A program made the position numbers and the translations under genes. This document shows positions 40,641-51,369 of a DNA stretch of 64,000 bases, in pieces (positions within the stretch are counted from its first letter, which is position 1; the number at the start of each line of letters is the position of its first letter). Below the pieces are notes generated by a model. That model did no database searches, was not told the origin of the DNA, and worked only from the letters and a program-made list of their open reading frames with translations. This stretch comes from Schmidtea polychroa. Taxonomy: Eukaryota. The stretch lies in contig CM097885.1 in NCBI GenBank assembly GCA_044892525.1, positions 15,192,001-15,256,000 of the forward strand, written 5' to 3'.

Positions 40641-40979
40641 GTATGTTTCATTATTTTTATGCGCATTAAAACTTGGAAATATATTCATTGTCAGTTTATC
40701 GGGAGTCAGCCATAAATTTAGTAACCGGGGTTCATAGGACAGGAATAAAAGATACTATTTGCAATATATAGAATTTTCCCCCATTTTTTTCCAATTGGGT
40801 GAATATTTTTTCTAAATATTTGAGGTGTTGCAAATTTCACATTTCCCTTTTTTCAATCACTTATAAGGTCAAGCAGTCAAAATTGCATTTTTAATAATTT
40901 TAAATCTCGATTTATTATTTTTTATTTTTATATAAGAATTACGTAATTTTTAAAATTAGCTGAAAATTAATCAATTTTA

Positions 40980-41520
40980 TTGATTTTATTTACAAATGTT
41001 GATTTATATATTTTTAATTAATTTTTAATAATTTTTTTTATTAAATTTAAATTAAAAATTAGATATTGAATATAATAAAATTATATTAATAGATTTAAAT
41101 TAATTAATTTTAATTATTAGATGTAAATTATTTAATTTTTTTATAATTTAATATTAATTATTAAATATCGATTAATAATTTTTTAAATAATTTTTTATTA
41201 AATTTAAATTAAAAATTTACTATTATTAAATGTCGATTAATTAATTTTTATTAATAGATGTAAATTATTTAATTTTTATAAGTTAATATTAATTATTAAA
41301 TATCGATTAATAAATTTTCAATAAATTTTAAATAAATTTTTTTATTAAATTTAAATTAAAAATTAAATATTGAATATAATAAAATTTTATTAATAGATTT
41401 AAATTAATTAATTATTAGATATAAATTATTTAATTTTTATAATTTAATATTAATTATTAAATATCGATTAATAAATTCTTAATAATAAATTTATTTATCG
41501 ATTTAATATCGATCGATTAA
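40980..41520. repeat. Degenerate AT-rich tandem repeat (about 150-170 bp units)
   Basis: Recurring blocks TTAAATTTAAATTAAAAATT and TTAATATTAATTATTAAATATCGATTAATAA. Confidence 0.7.
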
Positions 41521-42379
41521 GTGCGTATAGTGGAATACAACTAACACAATTTACCGATAGTTTAACCGTGATAGTATTGACCCAGATTTCGGTCAATACT
41601 TTTCCTAACTATTTGTTTTCTGATATTTATACCTGAAGTAAAACAGTATCAAAGTGAATACTGGTACTTATTAGAATTGAATTAAAATTAATAATTAATA
41701 ACTAATCAATAAAATAATTAATAATAATTAATAAAATTAATAACAATCGATAAATTAAATTTCGCAAATAATAACTTCCAAATATTGATTTTTTCATCTG
41801 AGAAATATCAAATCAAATAGCCAAATCAGAATTACAGCTGTGATTTTGTGTTTCTAAATTTGTTGCTTCTCTCGATTGTTTTCGGCGTGTCTGTCCTCTT
41901 TCCATCAAAATTTAGCTTTATTAGTATTATTTAATTACTATAAATATACCTATAAATATACCTATTCTATAATTAGTAATATTAAATTACTATTTATACT
42001 TATTGTTTATTTAATTACTATAAATAATAATAAGCCAATAATATATCATGAAATATCAATTTTATCGTGATTCGAGTTTCCATAACTCATCTTGAACTCT
42101 AACAGATTAATATATTTTTATTAATTTTTATAATTAAGTATTGATTAATAAATTTGAATTTTTAATTTATATTGATAAATTAATTTTCAATTTATATTGA
42201 TTATGAAATATCTATTGATAAGAGTAATAAAAATTTTATTAGGTGTAAATTAATTAATTTTTATTCTTAAATTTAAATCAATCAATTTTTAATTTATATT
42301 GATTATTTATTATTAATTGATAATTTTTTTTTGATTTATTAGATGTCGATTAATTTATGACTTTAAATATTCAATCTTT

Positions 42380-43330
42380 CCTATAAACGTTCTTCCATTG
42401 TCTAACTTTGTTTCATAGCTTCTTTCATGTATTTGCTTCACTACTTCCACATGTACAAAATATCTGTCATCCTTTTAAAATTTGTATTCCCTCTTATCAA
42501 AACAGCATTTCTTCTTGTGATAAATTCAATGTTTTTGTTCCTTTCTCACATATTCATAAGCCATTCTTTATTAATCTACTTTCCAAAAACTTTCACCAGT
42601 TGTCTGACTGATAGTTTTTTGGAAAATGGAGTTAATGGTAAATTCAATTTCTGATAATAACTGAGCATAATTTCTATCATCTTTTTTTGTACTAAATTGT
42701 CACTCTAGCTTTGCCTTCAAATGATTTATCACTGTATGACTAATGGTGCGCCATATTTATATCTCAAACTATTTATTAGAATTATGATAGTTTTGGTTTG
42801 GAGTGATTTTACAGCATGAAGTGATACATATTTACTATATTGGTAAATGATTTCAAATATATGTTTCATTCCATAATCCTCTTGTTTTAATGGACCACAA
42901 AATCAATAAATAAAATTTCAAATATAAACTTGCTTCTAAAAGTTTTCAATTTACTCATTTAGTTGGAGTTGTTGGAACTTTTATTTTCTGATAGTTTTCA
43001 TAACTTTCAAATACTGTTTGAACCGCTTCCCTCATACATTTCTCGCTTTAACGTTATTCAATATTTTTTCATCTTGTATTATTATTCCCGATTCGTTTGA
43101 ACACAGAAATTTGACTTTCTGTCATGATTTCCAATAACTTAGGCCTTGCATTTAAATATGCAGTTTCATCGAGAAATTGGAATGGTCTTCATTCCAAAAT
43201 TCCAACTCTATTTTTAAGCTGTCTAAATATTTAATCTTTGCCTGAAATTATGGAATTATTACCTTATATGTTTTCATCGATCTGTGTTTCCAAATCATTT
43301 TTCTACTCCACGTAGCTCTTTTATGACCGA
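42380..43330 (-). mobile_element. Highly decayed Gypsy-type integrase
   Basis: Fragments resembling IDF.GPL...KHIF...SKYVSL and HSD on the minus strand; many stops. Confidence 0.5.
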
Positions 43331-44438
43331 AAGTTTTCGGTGGCCCCAACTTTTTACCAACATTTTAGACTTTATTTGATCACTAAAGGGGCTGGGTGGA
43401 GAGGATTAGCCACCACATTACTCCCTATTGATGTAAGTAGTTATAATACTTACCTTAGAAAATGTGTCTAAATTCAGATTGGTATTATTTACATATTATT
43501 AAACCTACATTTTTATATTTTCATTAACCTCTTTGTTATTTGAATAAAATCGCATTATTATTTAAATTCCATTTATTATATCAATATCAATATCGATTTT
43601 ATTTATTATTTATTATTGAATTTATATTTTTGTCATAATTTAGTTATTGGATTTTAATTGTTTTTATTTATATTTTAATTTTGATCGTACCTTATTTCCT
43701 TGAGATTTCACACTGAACCCAGTTAAGAAGCACTTATATAGTACGAATCTTTTGATATAGAGATAATACTTAGAAGTCATGTCCTTATTTCGCCATGTAT
43801 AACTTCATGTTTAGACAGTATAGTATCCATATGTAATTACATAACCTTTTGACGAATCATCTACTTGCCAAAAAACTACATCTATACGAACATAGCTAAC
43901 GTCATTATCTAGAATAAAGGCTTTAAAAAATTTGGAAATTTTAATATAGGATCATTTATTAATTTTTCTTTTTAGATTCACAAATGACTTTTCACATTCA
44001 TCTATTCAAATTCACTAAATTCTTCACTTTCACACAATTATCCCTTAATTTTTTGAATCGGTCTCACTCAAAGCCTTTTACGTGTTGAATTCTATCTTTC
44101 CAAACTAATTTTTACTTATTATATGTCCCAAGAACTTCATTTTATCTTTTAAAATTTATATTTCTGGCTTGTTTTTTATTTCTATCGGACCACTATCGGT
44201 TATCCGCACATACGCCCCCTCCCCAATTTAGAAAATAGCACCAGTGCTGTGATCTGAATAAGTTAATGAAGGAACATCAATGTTTTTAATTTCTATGTAA
44301 TTCATAACAGAGATCTCGAATCTTTGTTTAAAAATAAAATATTTGCGAACGAAATTTAAAGATTTTTGAATTATTTTCATTTCAACATGTTTATTAACTC
44401 TAAAAGATTATAGAAACAATTGTAAAATATTAATTTAA

Positions 44439-46925
44439 ATGGATTTACAAAATGAAGCTGTTTATTAACTTGTCGGACCTAATGGTAAGACCTAATATTG
44501 GACAAAACGTTTACAAGATAGATGTCATCTTTATTAATGATTTATATCAAAAAGACACCAAAGAAAAGGAATTTAATAATTTGTTTACAAAGATTTCTAG
44601 ACACGTTTAAGTTATTTTTATTACCAAAAACCTTTTATATCAAGGAGGAAATCATATAACCCCTTAATTTAATGTACATTATCTAAAAAGTTCAAAACAG
44701 ACTAGACAAATGAAAATTCCACGGAGCTCACTGTATTTTACTTCATTGCTTAAAGCCCTAAAACAATCAAGAATGACAATTTTACAATCATTCCCTACAT
44801 TTGTGATTGATTATTTACTGGATATTGTAATGGAAGTTGTATATGTTAAAGTAAATATTAACAATGGAAAGAAATACATTTTGAAAAAGCAACAAAAATC
44901 TCTTTTATCGCTTGCAAATAGTATAAAAAAGAATCAAATGAGAAAAATTGTGTATAAACAACATGGTGGATTTATAGCTGCATTGAATACCTCTTGCATT
45001 ATTTTTATTTGACGGAGCAGGTGTATCAGGAAGTCGAACCGATGCTGGGTGCTACTCCTTCATTACTGTATTTTAAACTTGATTTTAATTCAAATTGTTG
45101 CAAATTGTTGCAAAAGACCCAGGATATTTCGGTGGAGTCGACAGATTACAGAAATCATTCAAGAAATCAAAGAACGAGACAAAACATTAGAAACTCAGAT
45201 AAAATGAACAAAACTAGTTTTTACATGATCTTAACCAGCAATAACTGCCATTTAATCCATCCAAATAACGATGCAACTAAATTGATTGTTGAACTTCAAA
45301 ATCCAATCTATTTTAATGGTAATTGAAAAGTAGCATTTCTGGATTTTATATTTGTATACAATCTCTTTCCATTTTATAGTACATCAACAGCAACCAAAAT
45401 CAGAACATACTAAAGTAAAAATAGTAAAAGATATATATGTAATGATGGTTTATCAAACCGATAAAAATTCAACAATTTTATTGAAGGAAAATATTTATAC
45501 TTGCGTTGTTTGAAACGACAATTTCAAACGACAATGCTAAACGTCTTAGATTTACACGATTACATAATTACGTGATGAACATGTAGAAATACAACTTGAT
45601 ACTCTTCCACACACCGATACTCTAGTTTAATTCAAATTTCAACTTTGAGCATGTCTGCAGTTTTAAAGATGATTTATATATTACAGACCTCGATCAATTA
45701 CAAGTTTATTTATCACAACATTGTGCAAAGGTTTTCACGGTCATTAAACTGGAAAGACATTTTTTAAATTTCGATTAAGTTCTAATATTAGTCAACTTAA
45801 ATTTGACCAAAATTTGGTAAAAATATTAGGATTATCAAAAGAAATATATTTACAAAATGGACAAGTTAATGAAGAAACATAAAAATCGAAAATAATTAAA
45901 GTTCATCAACAATTGTTTATATATAGTAATATTATTGAATCGATAATTGTTGGTGATGTTAGTGTTCCTCTATTAAAATCAATATGGATTTATAAACATG
46001 AAAAAATGATGTAGTGCAAATTATAATGGAAAACGTGATTATGTATTTATCTGGTTCAACATCCTGTATAAACAATATAGAAATTAATATACGTGACCAT
46101 TAAATTTGTCAAAAGATTCATAAACTCATTTGACTTTACATTTCAAAAAGACAGATGTCTAATCTTTATATTATTTCACTTTATAGTGGTAGTCAAACAG
46201 GTGCAAAAATACCATATTTTGTGGGTAAGTAATATGAATCCGGATAAGTTGCAAACAATTGGAAGGTTTATTGCTAATTTTTTTAAAATATTGATTCTTT
46301 TGGCATGAAAACCGCAAAGGATGTGATAATGAAAGATATAAAAAATACTACCAACATTGAAAACACACACGATGAATGAAATTGGAAAATTGATTCCTAA
46401 TGCAGCAAAAAGTTCTAAACCAAATGAAACTAAAAAAACCTTTACCTTGAGTGTGAGTTGAGTCATCAGTTATGTCTTAATTCAAAACATGCGATTTATT
46501 CTATCAAATCCAAAGAAATTGTTGCTTAAGCAATAAGATTCATCTTCATTTTATAAAGAACAAATTTTTGGTGATAAACGTTTTCTAAATTTTATTCTTG
46601 TAACCTTTCAAACTGCATAATAGTTCACATATACAGAAGCTAACTCAAAGTTTGAACATTTTAGTATAACTTTATATAACTTTATCGAAACATTCTTTTC
46701 ATCGTGAAACATACACTCAAGATTTCGAGAATGTTCAAATATGCTGCGACATATATGTAGTCTATAGTTTGATATATGGGTTATTTAGACAACAATTTAA
46801 ATTGTTGAATCGACATTGTCGATTTTAAGAAATACCCGAAACATTTATTTTGGCTCCCGACTTTGATTAGAACGAATCTCAATTACCAAAAATGGTTATG
46901 TTGAGTTTATTAAACATTAATTGAT
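44439..46925 (+). mobile_element. Old decayed Polinton D, left part (ATPase, pX-like, penton, pVI-like and MCP remnants)
   Basis: MDLQNEAVY*LVGP, KQHGGFIAAL, FYMILTSNNCHLIHPNN, FYKEQIFGDKRF and ETYTQDFE, in the same order as element B; many deletions. Confidence 0.85.
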
Positions 46926-48381
46926 AGTAGTATGATTGGTCCCCGCCAGACCAGGTCCCCTCCAGACCACATATACCCCCTCCCCCCCCCCCCGGGAAAA
47001 AAAAATTTTTTTTTTTTAAATTTTTTGTTTTAATTAATTGGCCTGGAGGGGACACACTTTTTTTCATCCCAAAAATTAATGTTCCCACCAACGGATTTTA
47101 TTGGACGATACCTCATCTTAAAGCTCAGTCCAAGACCTTTCGATTGATCCATAGAAGGTATCATTATCATTAATATTGACAAAGTTATTAACAATTGATG
47201 ACCACCATCTTTTCAACGTTAAATTATTATTATTATTGAAAATATTATTAATTGGCCGGGCGGGGACATACTTTTTCTCATCCCAAAAATTAATGTTCCC
47301 ATTATCCGAATTTATTAATAGATAGCTTATTTTGAAGCGTAGTCTAAGACCTTTCAATTGAGCCATAGAAGGTATCATCATCATTAACATCGGCAAAGTT
47401 ATTAAAGTTTTACCGAGACCATTTTTCAAGGTCATTTATTTTTCAAAATATTATTTTCAAGGTCAAGGTCAAGGTCAAGGTCATTTATTTTTTTTCAAGG
47501 TCATTTATTTTTTCAAGGTCATTTATTTTTTCAAGGTCATTTATTTTTTCAAGGTCATTTATTTTTTCAAGGTCATTTATTTTTTCAAGGTCATATTTTA
47601 AAATTTAAATGTACAGAGTTCCCGACAACGATAATTATTCAACGATAGCTCATTTTAAAGCCCAATGCAAGACCTTTCGATTGATTCATAGAAGGTATCA
47701 TCATCATTATTATTGACAAAGTTATTAACAATTGATGACCACCATCTTTTCAACGTTAAATTATTATTATTATTCAAAATATTATTAATTGGCCGGGCGG
47801 GGACATACTTTTTCTCATCCCAAAAATTAATGTTCCCACCAACGGATTTTATTGGACGATACCTCATTTTAAAGCTCAATGCAAGACCTTTCGAATGAGC
47901 TAATGAAGGTATCATCATCATTATTATTGACAAAGTTATTAACATTTTACCAAAAATCATTTTCAAGGTCATATAATTATTAAGTGGTCTGGCGGGCCCC
48001 TACTCTTTTTCATCCCAAAAATTATTGTTCCCATTATCCGAATTTATTGGACGATACCTCATCTTAAAGCTCAGTCCAAGACCTTTCGAATGAGCCATAG
48101 AAGGTATCATCATCATTAATATTAACAAAGAGAATGACTCACCCAATGACTCACCCAACGATGTCTAATATTTTTAGAACGATGACTCATCAAGGTCAAG
48201 GTCAAATTTTTAATAAAAGGTCAAGGTCATTTATTATTTTCAAGGTCATTTATTATTTTCAAGGTCATTTATTTTTTCAAGGTCATTTATTTTTTCAAGG
48301 TCATTTATTTTTTCAAGGTCATTTAATTTTCAAGGTCATTTATTAAAATAATTATTATTTTCTAAGTTTTTAGTTTCTAAG

Positions 48382-48462
<81 letters not shown>

Positions 48463-48545
48463 CTATCCGACAAAATATTCTGACCCCCTATGGGTATTGC
48501 TAGCAAGGGTACTGGTCACATTCAACATGTCGCAAGGGTACTGTT
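46926..48545 (+). repeat. Left terminal arm of element B (imperfect long TIR with ~190-bp subterminal units and CAAGGTCA arrays)
   Basis: Repeated CATCCCAAAAATTAATGTTCCC...AAGACCTTTCGAATGAGC units; inverted counterparts at about 59560-61252. Confidence 0.85.
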
Positions 48546-48615
48546 TACAAAATTACTGGTAAAAATATTCAAGACAAAACTTTCTAAATTCTAAATATTA
48601 TTCTTTAAATATACA

Positions 48616-48974
48616 CTAAAATTTATTAACACATTCACATTCATCATCTCCACAGTTCATAACATTTTCAACAACATGATCTATACAATCCCTATATACA
48701 CACGGTTCAGTATCCGTAAATTCCTCCATAGGTTCATCAATTTCTTGAATGCTTTCCTCATCATCTTGAGTGTTTTCTTCATCTGTTTCATCAAATTCCG
48801 AATCTTCACTCTCTGCTACCCAGTCTATATTTAATGCGTTTGTAACAGATAATATATCCGCCATTTTCACACCAGATATTTCTGCTAATTTTTCCAATAA
48901 AAAGTTTATTATAAATTCTAAATATTAAATAATTCGATAATTAACTAATCATATTAACCTTTTTCTGTAGTCAT
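48616..48974 (-). CDS. Spliced acidic, Cys-tailed hypothetical protein
   Basis: MTTEK|EFIINFLLEKLAEISGVK after removing the 41-nt GT-AG intron at 48958-48918; acidic linker; CVYRDCIDH...CGDDECEC. Confidence 0.75.
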
Positions 48975-49070
48975 TATTAGTATTTTAAAACTATAGTATA
49001 TATTTGTTTATAGAAAATATAGAATATAAGCGAAAACAAATATGACTAAATACATTTATTAAATACAACA

Positions 49071-49490
49071 TTAAAATAACTGTGAAAGTCTAGCAGACAT
49101 AATTTTCCAAATTGGAGAATACACATCATTATTATCAACTTTATATCCTTGGATTGTAATTGTTATATACCAATTTTCGTTTTCTTTGAAACTGATTTCA
49201 TCAAAGGAATCATAAAATTTTGCATATCGGTTGTTGAAAAATGCATTTTGATTGCATGATAGATTCGTATTCAACCTTTTGAAAACATCATCTATGGTTT
49301 TAATATCTAACATTGAAAGCGTGCCGGTTAAGAATTGAAATTGGGTAGGAATTAGCTTGATCGGTGACACCAATTTCATATTGATTTCTTCTTTTAAAAA
49401 ATACATTTTGTAGTTGTGGAACATTTGAACAGGTTGTACAAGTTCTGGAACTACTTTTGGTTTTTCAGTGCTTGAAATTTTCTTGGTCAT
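49071..49490 (-). CDS. Conserved hypothetical Polinton protein (139 aa)
   Basis: Intact ORF with a homologue in element A (13222-13825). Confidence 0.7.
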   Translation of the reverse strand: MTKKISSTEKPKVVPELVQPVQMFHNYKMYFLKEEINMKLVSPIKLIPTQFQFLTGTLSMLDIKTIDDVFKRLNTNLSCNQNAFFNNRYAKFYDSFDEISFKENENWYITITIQGYKVDNNDVYSPIWKIMSARLSQLF

Positions 49491-49598
49491 TGTGAATTAT
49501 GATTAAAATGAAATGGTATAGGGTTTTTATACCTATGACTATTGTTTATCATCCAATCAGATTGCAGTATGTTTTTGTTTTAATTGAATGATAAATAA

Positions 49599-50063
49599 TT
49601 AATTAAGTGATAATAAAAAATCTAAAAATTCTTTTCCTTCAATTATTGATTTAATTTCAGATATGATATTATCAACTATACTTTTGTATTCAATATTTTT
49701 TATTCCAAGAATTACTATCTTACCGCTAGCGAATATATTTACACACATAGGGTTATATTTTATATATCTCAAAGCTGGAAATAATTCTGGTTCATAAAAG
49801 CATGGTATTAATTTAGCTAATTTATTTAAATTACAAGAAAAACCTATATCGGAAGTTACGGTTATCGATTGTATTTCTAAATCATAAACATTATATTCAC
49901 TAGCTTTGCTTATTTCCTTACACCCCATAATTCTACATTTACCAGTTTTGAAATATATTATTGGATATTTATTACTTCTATTGATAAGTTGTTGTGGTTT
50001 CCCTATTGGAAATACCATTTTTGATACATCAGTTTTTGCCCTGTAATTTATATTTGAAAGCAT
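49599..50063 (-). CDS. TATA-binding protein (TBP)-like protein carried by element B
   Basis: FYEPELFPALRY...VNIFASGKIVILGIK and IIYFKTGKCRIMGCK; intact 154 aa; head-to-head with the ATPase as in element A. Confidence 0.85.
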   Translation of the reverse strand: MLSNINYRAKTDVSKMVFPIGKPQQLINRSNKYPIIYFKTGKCRIMGCKEISKASEYNVYDLEIQSITVTSDIGFSCNLNKLAKLIPCFYEPELFPALRYIKYNPMCVNIFASGKIVILGIKNIEYKSIVDNIISEIKSIIEGKEFLDFLLSLN

Positions 50064-50167
50064 TTTAATGAAATAATTTTAAAAACTTTGATATATATAG
50101 GTATTTAAAAACAGAGTTCATTTAAATTATCAATATAAACAATAATTATATAGTTTAAATTTAAAAA

Positions 50168-50806
50168 ATGGAATTACGAAATGATGCAGTATACCAAATC
50201 GTTGGTCCAAGTGGTAGCGGGAAAACTTTATTTGTTTGTAAATTACTAAAATCAAATTTGTTTAAAACAAAATTCAACAATATTTATTGGCATAGGGGCG
50301 CCGACGAAGAACACGGATTGACGCAATCAAGTTTCTGTCAGTTGAAAAACATGAAAATAGTAAAGGGCTTTGATAAAAACTGGTCAAGTCGTTTGAAGAA
50401 AGATGATGTCATCATTATCGATGATTTGTATCAAGAAGCCAATAAAGAAAAGGACTTTAATAATTTATTCACAAAAATCAGCAGACATGTTGGTGTAACA
50501 GTTATTTTCATAACACAAAATCTATTTCATCAAGGTGGTGCACATCGAACACGTAATTTAAATGTACAATATTTAGTTATTTTCAAGAATCCTAGAGATG
50601 CAACTGTCATTGATTTTCTTGGACGACAAGCATACCCTAATAACCGTAATTTTCTTATCAGTGCATTTCAAGATGCCACGAAAATACCGCATGGGTATAT
50701 ATTTCTCGATTTCACACAACAATGCCCTGATGATATACGCGTAAAAACAGATATTTTCAACCCAAAAGGTGCCATGGTATATAAACAAAGTTCAAAACAA
50801 AGTTGA
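50168..50806 (+). CDS. A32/FtsK-HerA family DNA packaging ATPase
   Basis: GPSGSGKT, IIIDD, SRH...ITQNLF, RTRNLN.QY...FKNPRD and HGYIFLD. Confidence 0.93.
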   Translation: MELRNDAVYQIVGPSGSGKTLFVCKLLKSNLFKTKFNNIYWHRGADEEHGLTQSSFCQLKNMKIVKGFDKNWSSRLKKDDVIIIDDLYQEANKEKDFNNLFTKISRHVGVTVIFITQNLFHQGGAHRTRNLNVQYLVIFKNPRDATVIDFLGRQAYPNNRNFLISAFQDATKIPHGYIFLDFTQQCPDDIRVKTDIFNPKGAMVYKQSSKQS

Positions 50807-50819
50807 AAACATATAAATC

Positions 50820-51308
50820 ATGTTTTCAAAAACAAGGATATCGGGTAAAAAACAACCAAAAGTTCCACCAACAACTAGTTATACTCCATCTAAAGATCTT
50901 ATTACAGAAAATTTTCCTGCAATGAATCTTATTTCGAAAAATCCTAAACCAAAAAGTAAAACCACTAAGAAAGTAAAAGTTGTTAAAAATCATCGGAGTT
51001 TCCCGTTTTTCAATACATTGTTAAAGGCACCAAGTATGAAAAGAAACAGTATTTTGCAATCTTTTCCAAATTATGTTGTCGATGATTTACTCGATATTAT
51101 ACTTAAAGTAGTCAAAGGCAAGATTAAAATCAGTAAATCTAAAAAGCAATTATTGAGTAAACATAGGAAACCTTTGCTATCATTAGTAAATAATAAAAAT
51201 CGTCAACAAATGAGAAAAATTATATATAAACAACAAGGGGGATTTATCGGTGCATTGATACCTTTAGCAATATCATTATTAGGTGGAATAATAGGAAGTC
51301 GATCATAA
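50820..51308 (+). CDS. Basic virion core protein, pX-like C-terminus
   Basis: Lys-rich; ends QQGGFIGALIPLAISLLGG, resembling adenovirus pX after a GG protease site. Confidence 0.7.
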   Translation: MFSKTRISGKKQPKVPPTTSYTPSKDLITENFPAMNLISKNPKPKSKTTKKVKVVKNHRSFPFFNTLLKAPSMKRNSILQSFPNYVVDDLLDIILKVVKGKIKISKSKKQLLSKHRKPLLSLVNNKNRQQMRKIIYKQQGGFIGALIPLAISLLGGIIGSRS

Positions 51309-51369
51309 ACAATGGGTGCTAATCCTTCATTACCAGACATTAAATTTAATATTAAATCTTCTTGTTGTA

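Noticed and set aside
47118..47972. Repeated 105-aa ORFs (LTLKRWWSSIVNN), also at 60509
   Set aside because: By-products of the ~190-bp subterminal repeat; frames are not kept across units.
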